Shown here in pieces: positions 45,694 through 56,091 of a stretch of 64,000 bases of DNA (its first letter is position 1; each line of letters begins with the position of its first letter). The notes beneath the pieces were generated by a model. The model was not told the DNA's origin and made no database searches. It saw nothing but the letters and a program-made list of their open reading frames with translations. Source of the DNA: Candidatus Latescibacterota bacterium (GTDB taxonomy: Bacteria; Latescibacterota; UBA2968); assembly GCA_965204375.1 (NCBI GenBank), contig OZ241986.1, positions 3,840,001 through 3,904,000 on the forward strand, given 5' to 3'. The position numbers and the translations under genes are program-made.

Positions 45694-47352
45694 ATGATGC
45701 AAAAAATAGCCAAACACCGATGGTTCGTGCTGCTTTTTCTCGCGCTCTTTGCCTGCGGTGAAGAAGAAGCACAACAGACACGGGGCGGACGCGGTGGACG
45801 CGGTGGACGCGGTGGCGGCGCTGCTGCGCCCGTCAAGGTCGAGACTGTAAAACAAGGGGATATCTCTGCATATATCCTCAAAAACACAACACTCGAAGCC
45901 GAAAGATGGGTTGACGTTCGAGCGCGCAGAGCCGGGCAGGTCATCGCGCTACTAAAAGAAGAAGGCGACCCCGTACGCGAGGGTACCGTAATGGCGCGGC
46001 TCGACGCCGACGCTGCCCAAATCAGCGTTGCGCAGCGAGATGTTGCCTATCTTGAAGCCAAACAGCGGTATGAACGCGAAGATGCCTTATTTCAACGCAA
46101 TCTGGGTAGCAAACAGTCTTATGAAAATGCCAAGACCCAATTCGAATCGGCCAAAGCACAACTCGAACAGGCCAAACTCGATTTGAGCTACACGGCGATT
46201 AGATCGCCCATTGAAGGCATCATGACGCTGAGAAATATCGAAGTGGGCAACATGGTCACCAATAATCAAGTGGTGGCCTCTGTAGCCAAATTTGATCCCC
46301 TGCTTGCGCGCATCCAGGTAACGGAAAAGGACTTTGGTAAAATCACTATAGGACAGACTGCGCGCATTACGGTTGAAGCCGCGCCTGAAAGAGAATTTAC
46401 GGGCACAGTAAAAATGATCAGTCCCGTGGTAGATCCCGAAAGCGGCACGGTCAAAGTAACCGTCGAGATACCCCGAACAGATAAAAGTCTATTGCGTCCC
46501 GGGATGTTTGCCTCGGTCTATATCATCACGGAAACGCGAAGAAACACCCTGGTCATTCCCAAAAAAGCCCTCGTACTCGAAGGAGAAGGCAACCAGGTAT
46601 TCACCTTTGAAACCGATCCCGAAACAGGGCGCGGGCAGGCGCAACGCAAGCGCATCGAAATCGGCTTTACAGACAGCGACCGTTTAGAGATTCTCTCGGG
46701 CCTTTCCCAGGGAGAACAAGTCATTACCGTAGGGCAAGAAGGTTTGAGACCCGGTTCTCCCGTGCGCCTCGTAGGAGAAGCCGCACCTCCTGCATTTGCC
46801 GGACGCGGTGGACAGGGACGCGCTGGACGCGGACAAATGGGACAGGGAAGACAGGGACGCGGGCAGATGGGTGAAGGCGGACAACGAGGTCGTGGAGCAA
46901 GTGGTCAAATGGGTGAAGGCGGACGACGAGGACGCGGTGGAAGTGATCAGACGGGTCAAGGAGGACAACGTGGACGCGGTGGTACTATGGCAGGTGATGA
47001 AGCCAATACCGGTCAAATGGGTCAGAGAGGACAGCGCGGTGGAGGGCAACAGGGGCGTGGACAAATGGGACAGGGAGGACAACGAGGTGGTGATGGGCAG
47101 GGAAGACAGGGACGCGGACAAATGGGGCAGGGCGGACAACGTGGTGGCGGCTTTGCAGGTGGGCAAGGCGGTGGTGATCCCACAGACCGTATAAAACGCA
47201 TGATTGAGCGCTTCCCCGAAGTCAAAGCCGAATACGAAAAGCGCGTAAAAGACGACCCCGAACTCGCAACAAATATGGAAAAACTCCGCGCTTTTGTGAC
47301 TGAGATGCGAGAAAAAGGATTGATACCATCACGAGGCGGACGAGGTAATTAA
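45694..47352 (+). CDS. RND periplasmic adaptor lipoprotein with a Gly/Gln/Arg-rich tail
   Basis: Lipobox LFAC, IRSPIEG, SPVVDP.SGT and LRPGMF. About 120 aa of GQMGQGGQRGG-type repeats. Confidence 0.9.
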   Translation: MMQKIAKHRWFVLLFLALFACGEEEAQQTRGGRGGRGGRGGGAAAPVKVETVKQGDISAYILKNTTLEAERWVDVRARRAGQVIALLKEEGDPVREGTVMARLDADAAQISVAQRDVAYLEAKQRYEREDALFQRNLGSKQSYENAKTQFESAKAQLEQAKLDLSYTAIRSPIEGIMTLRNIEVGNMVTNNQVVASVAKFDPLLARIQVTEKDFGKITIGQTARITVEAAPEREFTGTVKMISPVVDPESGTVKVTVEIPRTDKSLLRPGMFASVYIITETRRNTLVIPKKALVLEGEGNQVFTFETDPETGRGQAQRKRIEIGFTDSDRLEILSGLSQGEQVITVGQEGLRPGSPVRLVGEAAPPAFAGRGGQGRAGRGQMGQGRQGRGQMGEGGQRGRGASGQMGEGGRRGRGGSDQTGQGGQRGRGGTMAGDEANTGQMGQRGQRGGGQQGRGQMGQGGQRGGDGQGRQGRGQMGQGGQRGGGFAGGQGGGDPTDRIKRMIERFPEVKAEYEKRVKDDPELATNMEKLRAFVTEMREKGLIPSRGGRGN

Positions 47353-47357
47353 AACTC

Positions 47358-50300
47358 ATGAAACTCATTGAATTTTCGACCCGACGACGGGTAACAGTAA
47401 CGATGTTTGTGGCTGCGGCAGTGCTATTTGGCATGGTCGCTTTTCAGCGCCTATCGATCAACCTGCTGCCCGATATCACCTATCCCACCCTGACGGTGCG
47501 CACAGAATACGAAGGCACAGCACCCTCAGAGATGGAACGTTTAATCACCGAGCCGATTGAGGGATCTGTAGGTGTGGTAAACGGAGTTATCCGGGTAACA
47601 TCGGCCTCGCGCCCCGGCATATCGGATGTGGTTGTGGAATTTGCCTGGGGTACAGACATGGATTTTGCTTCTCTCGATGTTCGAGAAAAGCTCGATCAGG
47701 TGCGCCTGCCACAGGACGTGAGAAAACCCGTACTGCTGAGGTTTGACCCTTCGCTGGACCCGATCATGCGTATCGGACTCTATGGCGAAGAAAGTTTGAT
47801 TTCGCTACGCCTCCTGGCCGAAGAAGAAATTAAGCCCGAGTTGGAAAGCCTCGAAGGGGTCGCATCTGTGCGCGTCAATGGCGGCCTGGAAGAAGAAATT
47901 CAAGTTGAGATTGACCAGCCCAAACTGGCTGCATTGCGCATTCCTCTATCTCAGGTCGTCAATCGCTTAGCCCAGGAAAATGTGAACCTGACGGGCGGAG
48001 AACTCAAAGATGGCGAAGCAGAATACCTGGTTCGCACATTCAACGAATTTAAAACAATAGAAGAAATTCAGGATATTGTGGTGGGCCAGCGGCAGGGCAC
48101 CATTATCACATTAGCCGATGTGGGCCTGGTGACCCGAGGACACCGCGAACGCACGGTAATTACGCGCATTGATCAGCAAGAAAGTGTCGAACTGGCCATA
48201 TACAAAGAGGGCGATGCCAATACTGTAACAGTTGCACAAGCTGTTAAAGAAGCCATCGCGCAATTCCGCCGCACATCCGGCGATTTGCTGGGCAATTCGC
48301 GTATGGAGGTCGTCTCGGATCAATCGACATTCATTCGAGACTCGGTCTCCGAGGTCCTCAACACCGCTATTTTGGGCGGTTTTTTGGCCATTATCGTTCT
48401 CTATCTGTTTTTGCAAAGCCCAAAAAGCACGGGCATCATCAGCGTATCTATTCCCATTTCGGTTGTTGCGACATTTTTCCTTATGTACGCATCGGATGTG
48501 AGTCTCAACATCATGTCGTTGGGTGGACTCGCCCTGGGAATAGGCATGCTGGTTGACAACTCAATTGTCGTACTCGAAAGCGTACAGCGTTACCAGGAAA
48601 GCGGCATGAGTCCGCGTGAAGCGACCAATAAAGGGGGGTCTGAAGTGGGGCAAGCCGTGGTGGCTTCTACAATGACAACAATATGCGTCTTTGTCCCCAT
48701 TGTTTTTGTAGAAGGCATTGCCGGACAACTCTTCCGCGATCAGGCACTTACCGTGACCTATTCGCTCGTCGCCTCCCTCCTCGTTGCCCTCACGGTCATT
48801 CCCATGCTGGCTTCGTTGGAATTTTCATGGATCGGCGAATTTGCCGCCGTAGAGAAACGAAAAAAGGAAAGCGGACACAAGGGGGGTATAGAAGCACCAG
48901 CCCGTGCTGTGGGGTTGCTGGGCACGGTTGTAGGATGGATCGGACACGGTATTCTGGCTTGTCTGAAACCTTTATTCTGGATTTTCGACAGAGTGATTGG
49001 ACGCGCTTATCTCGTCTATCCGCACATTATCAGATGGGCGCTCAGGCATCGCCTGTATGTGATTGGGTTGGCAATTGCCCTTTTGGGTGGCACCTGGACA
49101 CTTGGCTCGAGATTGGGCAGTGAACTGATCCCCGAAATGAGCCAGGGAGCATTCTCAATTGCAGTCGAAATGCCGCTGGGCACACCCCTTGCCGCTACCA
49201 CACAAACCATTCAAGCCATTGAGAGGCTCGTTCGCAGTCAACCCGAAGTGCGCCTGGTTTACAGCATTGTCGGTACACAATCGGCATCTGGGGGCAGCGG
49301 CGGAGAAGAAAGGGAAAATGTAGGTGAGGTCAATGTCGTACTCCACGAGGGCATTATTCGAGATCGCGAAATTGCCGTGATGGATCGCTTGCGCCGGATG
49401 ATTGTAGAAATTCCCGCCGTGGATACAAAATTTGCCCGCCCATCGCTATTCTCGTCTCGCACGCCAATCGAAGTGGAAGTCGCCGGTTATAATTTGCTGT
49501 CGCTACAGATGATCGCCGGAGAAATGATGGCGCGCATGCAAACCATTCCGGGACTGACAGATATAAAAACAACAAGCGAGGGCGGTACACCCGAAGTGCA
49601 AATTCGGTTTGACCGCAAGCGCGTGGCGCAAATGGGCACGACGATTAACGCCATTGGCGAGATTATCCGCAATCAGGTTCAAGGAGAGGTTGCCACACAA
49701 TTTACCCGAGGAGATCGGAGAGTCGATATTCGCGTCCGTGCCGAAGAGGAACACCGAAGCACAGTAGATGATCTGAGGCGGTTAATCATCAGCCCCAACA
49801 ATGCCCCATCGCCGGTGCCTTTGAGTGTAGTCGCCGATTTACAGGTAGAAATGGGACCTGCAGAAATTCGCAGAATTGACCAGGAGCGCGTGGCATTGAT
49901 TTCGGCCAACCTCGTGGGTCGAAGTCTGAGCGCTGTCGTCACAGACCTCGAACGCGAAATAGATCGGATAGAGTTGCCCGCTGATTTTTCAATTAAAGTA
50001 GGTGGGCAAAATGAAGAGCAACAGCGGTCATTTGAAAGTATGCAATTGGCGATTGGGTTGGCAATTTTTCTCGTTTATCTGGTAATGGCATCGCAGTTTG
50101 AATCGCTCGTTCATCCTTTTGTAATCATGTTTGCCATACCTTTTGCGCTGGTAGGTGTTTTTGCCCTGCTCCTCATAACCGGGCAGACCATCAGTGTGGT
50201 CGTGCTCATTGGTTTGATTATGTTGGCCGGCATTGTCGTCAACAATGCCATCGTGCTCATCGATTATATCAACACGCTCCGAAGAGAAGAAGGCATGCCC

Positions 50301-50633
50301 AAAATGGAAGCGATTGCACAAGGGGGCAGAGTGCGCCTGCGTCCCATTTTGATGACCACCTCGACAACCGTGCTCGGCTTGTTGCCTATGGCACTGGGCA
50401 TTTTCAATTTTCAGCCCCTTGTCAGAAGCATCGAAGGCGCGCTGGACGGCGTGTTATCCGGGCAGGTATTCACCGTGGTCATGGCTGTAGTGGGTATGGT
50501 ATTCCCGGTGGGACAGGGCGCTGAGATACGCGCGCCTATGGCCATTACCGTTATTGGCGGCCTGGTCGTATCAACACTGGTAACCCTGGTACTGATCCCA
50601 ACGCTGTATTCGCTAACCGACCGCAAGGAGTAG
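47358..50633 (+). CDS. RND efflux permease (AcrB family)
   Basis: GMLVDNSIVV.E, GIVVNNAIVLID and RLRPILMT. Confidence 0.95.
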   Translation: MKLIEFSTRRRVTVTMFVAAAVLFGMVAFQRLSINLLPDITYPTLTVRTEYEGTAPSEMERLITEPIEGSVGVVNGVIRVTSASRPGISDVVVEFAWGTDMDFASLDVREKLDQVRLPQDVRKPVLLRFDPSLDPIMRIGLYGEESLISLRLLAEEEIKPELESLEGVASVRVNGGLEEEIQVEIDQPKLAALRIPLSQVVNRLAQENVNLTGGELKDGEAEYLVRTFNEFKTIEEIQDIVVGQRQGTIITLADVGLVTRGHRERTVITRIDQQESVELAIYKEGDANTVTVAQAVKEAIAQFRRTSGDLLGNSRMEVVSDQSTFIRDSVSEVLNTAILGGFLAIIVLYLFLQSPKSTGIISVSIPISVVATFFLMYASDVSLNIMSLGGLALGIGMLVDNSIVVLESVQRYQESGMSPREATNKGGSEVGQAVVASTMTTICVFVPIVFVEGIAGQLFRDQALTVTYSLVASLLVALTVIPMLASLEFSWIGEFAAVEKRKKESGHKGGIEAPARAVGLLGTVVGWIGHGILACLKPLFWIFDRVIGRAYLVYPHIIRWALRHRLYVIGLAIALLGGTWTLGSRLGSELIPEMSQGAFSIAVEMPLGTPLAATTQTIQAIERLVRSQPEVRLVYSIVGTQSASGGSGGEERENVGEVNVVLHEGIIRDREIAVMDRLRRMIVEIPAVDTKFARPSLFSSRTPIEVEVAGYNLLSLQMIAGEMMARMQTIPGLTDIKTTSEGGTPEVQIRFDRKRVAQMGTTINAIGEIIRNQVQGEVATQFTRGDRRVDIRVRAEEEHRSTVDDLRRLIISPNNAPSPVPLSVVADLQVEMGPAEIRRIDQERVALISANLVGRSLSAVVTDLEREIDRIELPADFSIKVGGQNEEQQRSFESMQLAIGLAIFLVYLVMASQFESLVHPFVIMFAIPFALVGVFALLLITGQTISVVVLIGLIMLAGIVVNNAIVLIDYINTLRREEGMPKMEAIAQGGRVRLRPILMTTSTTVLGLLPMALGIFNFQPLVRSIEGALDGVLSGQVFTVVMAVVGMVFPVGQGAEIRAPMAITVIGGLVVSTLVTLVLIPTLYSLTDRKE

Positions 50634-50634
50634 C

Positions 50635-51456
50635 ATGGAGCAGAGCCGTAATGAAGCATTTGTCGAATCGCTTCAGAACTATTCGCTTTCAGAACTCGAA
50701 GATATTTATGCACATCTGGATCGCGACCTATTTCCAGAGCGATACGACCAGGTCAGGGCAGAAATCGAAGCGCGCTTAAAAGACTTTGATCCAAAATCTA
50801 TGGACGCAAGTACGCTGACGGATCCCCCTGGGATCTTGCGCCGTCTCGCGTCGAGCGCGATTGATTTCTCCATGCAAGTGCTCGTTCCTTTTTTAATTTT
50901 TTTTCTTCTCAAAAGCGTTCTTTTTCCAAGCGCCCCAACCGTAACTGCTGGCGGTGGACGAGGCGGAGGGCGAGGTGGCGGTGGACGAGGGCGAGGTGGC
51001 GGTGGTGGCGGCAATCAATCCGATGATCTCTGGTCAGACATCACGGGTTTTGTAGGGGGTGCGAAGGATATCGCCGTTGGATTGATTGAGGGAGACCCCG
51101 CAGCGCAGAGCAGAGCGATGATTATCTGGAATGATTTTGGAATCATCCTACTCATTCTGCTTGTTTTCCGTATTTTTATGACCTTATCGGGATGGGCGCG
51201 TTCTGGATTTACCCCGGGGATGCGCGAATTGGGCATTCGGGTCGAGCGCGTTGGGGGGGGTATTCCAACCTGGTCGCAGGCTGTAGGCAGATTTGTTCTA
51301 CAGCCTCTGCTTTTTATCGCAACACTGGGATTTAGTGGATTTTGGATGCTGTGGGATCCCGATAGCCGAGCACTTCACGATAAACTTCTCGGCACAAAGC
51401 TCGTTCGCATGGTGCGTACCTGGGAAAAGCCAGAAACCGAAAGAAGATTTGAATAG
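50635..51456 (+). CDS. RDD-family membrane protein with an RGG/Gly-rich loop
   Basis: RRL.S..ID, TPG...LGIRV and RALHDKL.GT. Confidence 0.8.
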   Translation: MEQSRNEAFVESLQNYSLSELEDIYAHLDRDLFPERYDQVRAEIEARLKDFDPKSMDASTLTDPPGILRRLASSAIDFSMQVLVPFLIFFLLKSVLFPSAPTVTAGGGRGGGRGGGGRGRGGGGGGNQSDDLWSDITGFVGGAKDIAVGLIEGDPAAQSRAMIIWNDFGIILLILLVFRIFMTLSGWARSGFTPGMRELGIRVERVGGGIPTWSQAVGRFVLQPLLFIATLGFSGFWMLWDPDSRALHDKLLGTKLVRMVRTWEKPETERRFE

Positions 51457-51534
51457 AATATGTCAGTTATCCGAAACTTTTAATCATGTACTCTCGTCTA
51501 AATCCTCGAAATATCAGGGAAGGAGTGAGTAAGT

Positions 51535-51972
51535 ATGCATAGACGGATGTATAAAATGTGTTGTGTCGTGCTGGCAACCGCATTTTTTTGGGGATGTTTG
51601 GCTCCCGTTGCCGAAGCGCGGTCCTTTTTTACTTCACGGCGCACATTTGGTGTTTTATTTCTCGGTGGCAGTGCTTATATGGCCAAGCGCGCCATTGATT
51701 ATAAGCGCGATGCAAACGACATTTATGAAGCCTACAAGGCGGCGAAAGACTCTCGAGAAGCCGACCGGCTTTTTAACCGCACAAGTGATCGAGATACCAA
51801 GAGCATGATGAGTGTCGGATTTTCCGCAATTTTGTTGATCAGTGGTTTGCGTTTGCTCATGCACAGCGGCGTGGATGACAAAATGCCCAAAAATGATCGA
51901 CGAATCAAAATAGATCTCAACAGTGACATTCGCAAAAAATCTGTTGGGATTGTATTGAAGAAAAAATTTTAA
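51535..51972 (+). CDS. Hypothetical membrane/exported protein
   Basis: Signal-like N-terminus, two hydrophobic segments, AGGAG upstream. Confidence 0.6.
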   Translation: MHRRMYKMCCVVLATAFFWGCLAPVAEARSFFTSRRTFGVLFLGGSAYMAKRAIDYKRDANDIYEAYKAAKDSREADRLFNRTSDRDTKSMMSVGFSAILLISGLRLLMHSGVDDKMPKNDRRIKIDLNSDIRKKSVGIVLKKKF

Positions 51973-52002
51973 TCATCAGTAATGGGCAATGAGGAGATTA
52001 CT

Positions 52003-55000
52003 ATGAAGCACTGGTGGATGCGCCGACTACAACTCGGCCTTTTGGGGATTGCGATAATTTTAATAGCTATGTGGGGATGCGGACGCGAGCGCGTAAATCC
52101 GGTTGACTCACAATTTGAAGGAACCACGACGACTTTGAATCCGCCGGGCAATATTCGCGCCCAGGGCGGTATTGGACGGATCACTTTGAACTGGAATCCC
52201 GTGAACAGCACCAACCTTGCGGGATACGGAATATGGCGGTCAACATCGGCTACGGCCGACTTTGTGCTATTGCGCGGCGAATCATCCGTTCCCGACGTGA
52301 CGACAGCACGCACGACTTATGTGGATTCGACAATAGATGCCAATGTATCGAAAATATACTTTTATAAACTCAGCACCGTAGATGTAGAAGGACAAGCAAG
52401 CGAATTATCTACATTTGTAAGTGCAGAAGTCCTCGATGACACGCGGGCACCGGCTATGCCGACAAATTTCGTCGCCATCACCGATGCCGATGGCAAACAG
52501 GTGACACTGGGCTGGTCAGCGCCAGAAATGGATGTGGGCAATCAGGAATTGACCGGCTTGTCCGGGTACAGGGTTTTCAGAATCAAAGATTCGCAGGGCA
52601 AACTCCAGATACAGGGTTCGCAGGCAGCTCTGGTCCAACTCGCCACAGAACTGGGCATTGACCTCGATAATCTGGGAGAAATATCCGACGATTTGAAGGA
52701 TATTTTTGTTGAACTTGGAACCGTGCCAGCCGGCCAAACTTATTTTCTCGATACCGATGGACTCGAAGCTGGCGTACTTCACGTTTATGTGGTCATCGCC
52801 GTTGATCCAGAAGGCAACATCGGGCCTCCAGCACTTGCTTTAGTGACTATAAACGCACCGGGCGCGAACGTACCAGTGCCTGCTAACTTGCGCGCGACAA
52901 AAAATGAACAGGCGCGTATTGTCATATCCTGGAATCCCGTAAACGATCCCAACTTGCTGGGCTATCTGGTCTCGCGGTCACAATCGACACAAGGTCCCTT
53001 CACACCCGTAACAAGCGATACGCTCTTTACCACGGGACAGACGACCTATGTCGATTCGCTTGTCGCGACCGATCAAGTGTACTACTACAAAGTTCAAACC
53101 GTTGTACAAGACCCCAATCTCGGGCTATTGCGCAGTGATACTTCCACTTTTATCGACGGACAGGCACTTGCCGACCAGAGTGCTCCTGGCGCGCCCTCAG
53201 ATCTCATCGTCAGCCTGGACGATGATAATTTCCAGCGGGTGATGCTGAACTGGACTGCACCTGTAACAGACAGAAATGGCAATGAACTGACTGGATTGGC
53301 CTCTTTTGAAATCTACCGGTCACGCGATAACAATACATCCTTCGCGCTCATCGCCACAGTATCGAGCGATCAGGTGAGTTTTGTAGATACTTCTGTCGAA
53401 TTACTCACGACGTATTTCTATGCCGTCAGAGCATTGGATCAGGCCGGCAATGCCGGACCCCGGTCTCAGCCGATATCTGTGACCACCAGGGGATTTGCCA
53501 TCCCGCGCAACGTGCGGGCAACTTCTGGTGTGCAGAAAATCACCTTGACCTGGACGGCAAACACCGAGCCTGAATTGACCGGATATGAAATATTGCGCTT
53601 TACAGATCCCACGCATGAAACACCTGACAAAACCTTCTCTTCTGTGTTGACGACCTATGTGGATACCCCCGTCACAGCAGATCAACCCTTTGTCTATCGG
53701 GTGCGTGCGGTTGGCACCGCCAATGTGAAGAGCGAATTGTCTCCCCCCGTCTCTGCCCAGGCCACGGAAGCTGCTCCAGTTCTGGCAGCACCGCGCAATG
53801 TGCAGGCAAGGGGTGGGATTGGTCACATTACCATCACCTGGGCGGCAAACACCGAGCCTGAACTGACCGGGTATCGCGTCATGCGCTATACAGACCCGGC
53901 ACAGACAGTGGCCGAAGCGACCTTCGCGACAGTGCAGACGACTTATGTCGATTCTCCGCTGGTATCGGGACAGACCTATGTCTATCGCGTACAGGCGGTT
54001 GGTACCAATAACGAAAAAAGCGAACAATCGCTCTATGCCTCCGCAACCGTCTCAGCCGATCAGAGCCCTCCCGGCGCGCCCTCGGATCTCATCGCCAGCC
54101 TGGACGATGATAATTTCCAGCGCGTGCTCATCAGCTGGACGGCTCCCACAAGAGACAGCAATGGCAATGAACTGACCGGATTGACCTCCTTTGAAATCTA
54201 CCGGTCGCGCGAGAACAATACATCCTTTGCGCTGATCGCCGCAGTATCGAGCAATCAAATGAGTTATGAGGACACATCTGTCGAGTTATTGACGCGATAC
54301 TTTTATGCAGTCAGAGCATTGGATCAGGCCGGCAATGCCGGACCCCGGTCTCAGCCAGTATCTGTGACCACCAAAGGATTTGCCATCCCGCGCAACGTGC
54401 AGGCGACTGGTGGTGAGCTGAAAATTACCTTGACCTGGGCGGCAAACACCGAGCCGGAATTGACTGGATATGAGATCTTGCGCTTTACAGATCCCACAGA
54501 TGAAACACCTGACAGGATCTTCTCTTCTGTGTTGACGACCTATGTGGACACCCCTGTCACAGCCGGACAGACCTTTGTGTATCGGGTGAGGGCAGTTGGT
54601 CCCTCAAATTTGAAGAGCGATCTATCTGCCTTTGTCTCTGCGCAGGCCATTGAGCCGCCTCCGGTTCTGGCAGCACCGCGCAATGTGCGAGCCATTGGTG
54701 GTGAGTTGAAAATCACCTTGACCTGGACGGCAAACACCGAGCCGGAATTGACTGGATATGAGATCTTGCGCTTTATAGATCCCACAGATGAAACACCTGA
54801 CAGGATCTTCTCTTCTGTGTTGACGACCTATGTGGACACCCCTGTCACAGCCGGACAGCCTTTTGTCTATCGGGTGCGGGCAGTTGGTGCCGCCAATGAG
54901 AAGAGCGAACTATCGGTCTTTGTCTCTGCACAGGCCACCGAGCCGCCTCCGGTTCTGGCAGCACCGCGCAATGTACGCGCGACTGCTGGAATTGAGTATA

Positions 55001-55872
55001 TCGCCATCACCTGGGCGGCAAACACCGAGCCGGAACTGATTGGGTATCGCGTCATGCGCTATACAGACCCGGCACAGACAGTGGCCGAAGCGACCTTTAT
55101 GACCGTGCATACGACTTATGTCGATTCGCCGCTGGTAGCGGATCAGACCTATATATATCGCGTGCAAGCGGTTGGTGTAAATAACACAGAAAGCGAATCA
55201 TCGCTATTTGCCTCTGCAGAGGTACTGCCTGATAATAGCCCACCTGCTACCCCCGACAACTTTATCGCTGCTTTGGAAAGTAGTGGCGCAGCGATTGAAT
55301 TGAGTTGGGACGCCCCCATGAGGGATGCAGATGGCGGCGACCTGACTGGACTTGCCAGCTTTGTGATCTATCGCACGGACCCATTGAGTAATAATGTGCT
55401 AACCGTGCTAACAATCGTAGATGCGTCACATCGCGAATATCGCGATATAGACCTGCTCAATCGCACGACTTACAGGTATCAGATCTCTGCCATTGACCAC
55501 CAGGGCAATGAGAGTGAGCGTTCGCCCATCAGGACAGCGACCACAACTGATATAGTCCCCGTGCCTCCAACGGACCTGGTGGCTAATTACAATCCCGTTG
55601 TTCCCGAAATTAATCTGACCTGGACACCCCCTGATAAGTATGACCATTTCATCGTTCAACGGGCAGCAATCGCCGGCGCTGCTTCCGGTGCTGCTATTCG
55701 AAATTTAACAGACGGAGATTATACGACTTTGGAAACCGAGGATCCGATCACAACCACTTCTTATAGCGATAGAGATATTAAAAGTGGTTTCACCTATGTT
55801 TACCGGATCCGCACATCTCTTTCTGGACGGATCAGCGCTCCTTCAGAAACTGATTTTGATTTTTCCCCATAA
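52003..55872 (+). CDS. Large fibronectin type III repeat lipoprotein
   Basis: GAGGAG RBS, lipobox MWGC and about a dozen P.N..A...I.LTW...L.GY...Y.D...Y.YRV.AV units. Confidence 0.88.
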   Translation: MKHWWMRRLQLGLLGIAIILIAMWGCGRERVNPVDSQFEGTTTTLNPPGNIRAQGGIGRITLNWNPVNSTNLAGYGIWRSTSATADFVLLRGESSVPDVTTARTTYVDSTIDANVSKIYFYKLSTVDVEGQASELSTFVSAEVLDDTRAPAMPTNFVAITDADGKQVTLGWSAPEMDVGNQELTGLSGYRVFRIKDSQGKLQIQGSQAALVQLATELGIDLDNLGEISDDLKDIFVELGTVPAGQTYFLDTDGLEAGVLHVYVVIAVDPEGNIGPPALALVTINAPGANVPVPANLRATKNEQARIVISWNPVNDPNLLGYLVSRSQSTQGPFTPVTSDTLFTTGQTTYVDSLVATDQVYYYKVQTVVQDPNLGLLRSDTSTFIDGQALADQSAPGAPSDLIVSLDDDNFQRVMLNWTAPVTDRNGNELTGLASFEIYRSRDNNTSFALIATVSSDQVSFVDTSVELLTTYFYAVRALDQAGNAGPRSQPISVTTRGFAIPRNVRATSGVQKITLTWTANTEPELTGYEILRFTDPTHETPDKTFSSVLTTYVDTPVTADQPFVYRVRAVGTANVKSELSPPVSAQATEAAPVLAAPRNVQARGGIGHITITWAANTEPELTGYRVMRYTDPAQTVAEATFATVQTTYVDSPLVSGQTYVYRVQAVGTNNEKSEQSLYASATVSADQSPPGAPSDLIASLDDDNFQRVLISWTAPTRDSNGNELTGLTSFEIYRSRENNTSFALIAAVSSNQMSYEDTSVELLTRYFYAVRALDQAGNAGPRSQPVSVTTKGFAIPRNVQATGGELKITLTWAANTEPELTGYEILRFTDPTDETPDRIFSSVLTTYVDTPVTAGQTFVYRVRAVGPSNLKSDLSAFVSAQAIEPPPVLAAPRNVRAIGGELKITLTWTANTEPELTGYEILRFIDPTDETPDRIFSSVLTTYVDTPVTAGQPFVYRVRAVGAANEKSELSVFVSAQATEPPPVLAAPRNVRATAGIEYIAITWAANTEPELIGYRVMRYTDPAQTVAEATFMTVHTTYVDSPLVADQTYIYRVQAVGVNNTESESSLFASAEVLPDNSPPATPDNFIAALESSGAAIELSWDAPMRDADGGDLTGLASFVIYRTDPLSNNVLTVLTIVDASHREYRDIDLLNRTTYRYQISAIDHQGNESERSPIRTATTTDIVPVPPTDLVANYNPVVPEINLTWTPPDKYDHFIVQRAAIAGAASGAAIRNLTDGDYTTLETEDPITTTSYSDRDIKSGFTYVYRIRTSLSGRISAPSETDFDFSP
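53173..55230 (+). repeat. Near-identical intragenic DNA repeats, order A-B-C-A-B-B-C
   Basis: A at 53173/54058 (885-bp offset), B at 53503/54388/54676, C at 53791/54964 (288-bp unit spacing). Confidence 0.85.
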
Positions 55873-55889
55873 AGAGCCAGCGAGAAAGG

Positions 55890-55931
55890 AAAAAATGGCG
55901 TCCTTCTCTTTTGAAGGACGCCATTTTTTTT
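55890..55931. terminator. Rho-independent terminator (likely bidirectional)
   Basis: AAAAAATGGCGTCCTTC-TCTTTT-GAAGGACGCCATTTTTTTT. Confidence 0.9.
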
Positions 55932-56010
55932 ATAAATAGAAGCCAACTGTCGCCTTTTATGCGTCAGATGTACGAGTTAAAAATTTTCATGATCTCTTTA
56001 ACTGATTCTT

Positions 56011-56023
56011 TATCAACATGTTA
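56011..56023 (+). promoter_or_regulatory. IHF-binding consensus site
   Basis: TATCAACATGTTA matches WATCAR-N4-TTR, just upstream of a -24/-12 motif. Confidence 0.5.
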
Positions 56024-56039
56024 TAAATTTTGTCATCTC

Positions 56040-56055
56040 TGGCACAAAATGTGCA
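56040..56055 (+). promoter_or_regulatory. Sigma54 (-24/-12) promoter
   Basis: TGGCACAAAATGTGCA has GG-N10-GC spacing, 36 nt before the start at 56092. Confidence 0.65.
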
Positions 56056-56091
56056 TGATGTCTCTTGTAAAACTTACACATTGGAGGTTTT

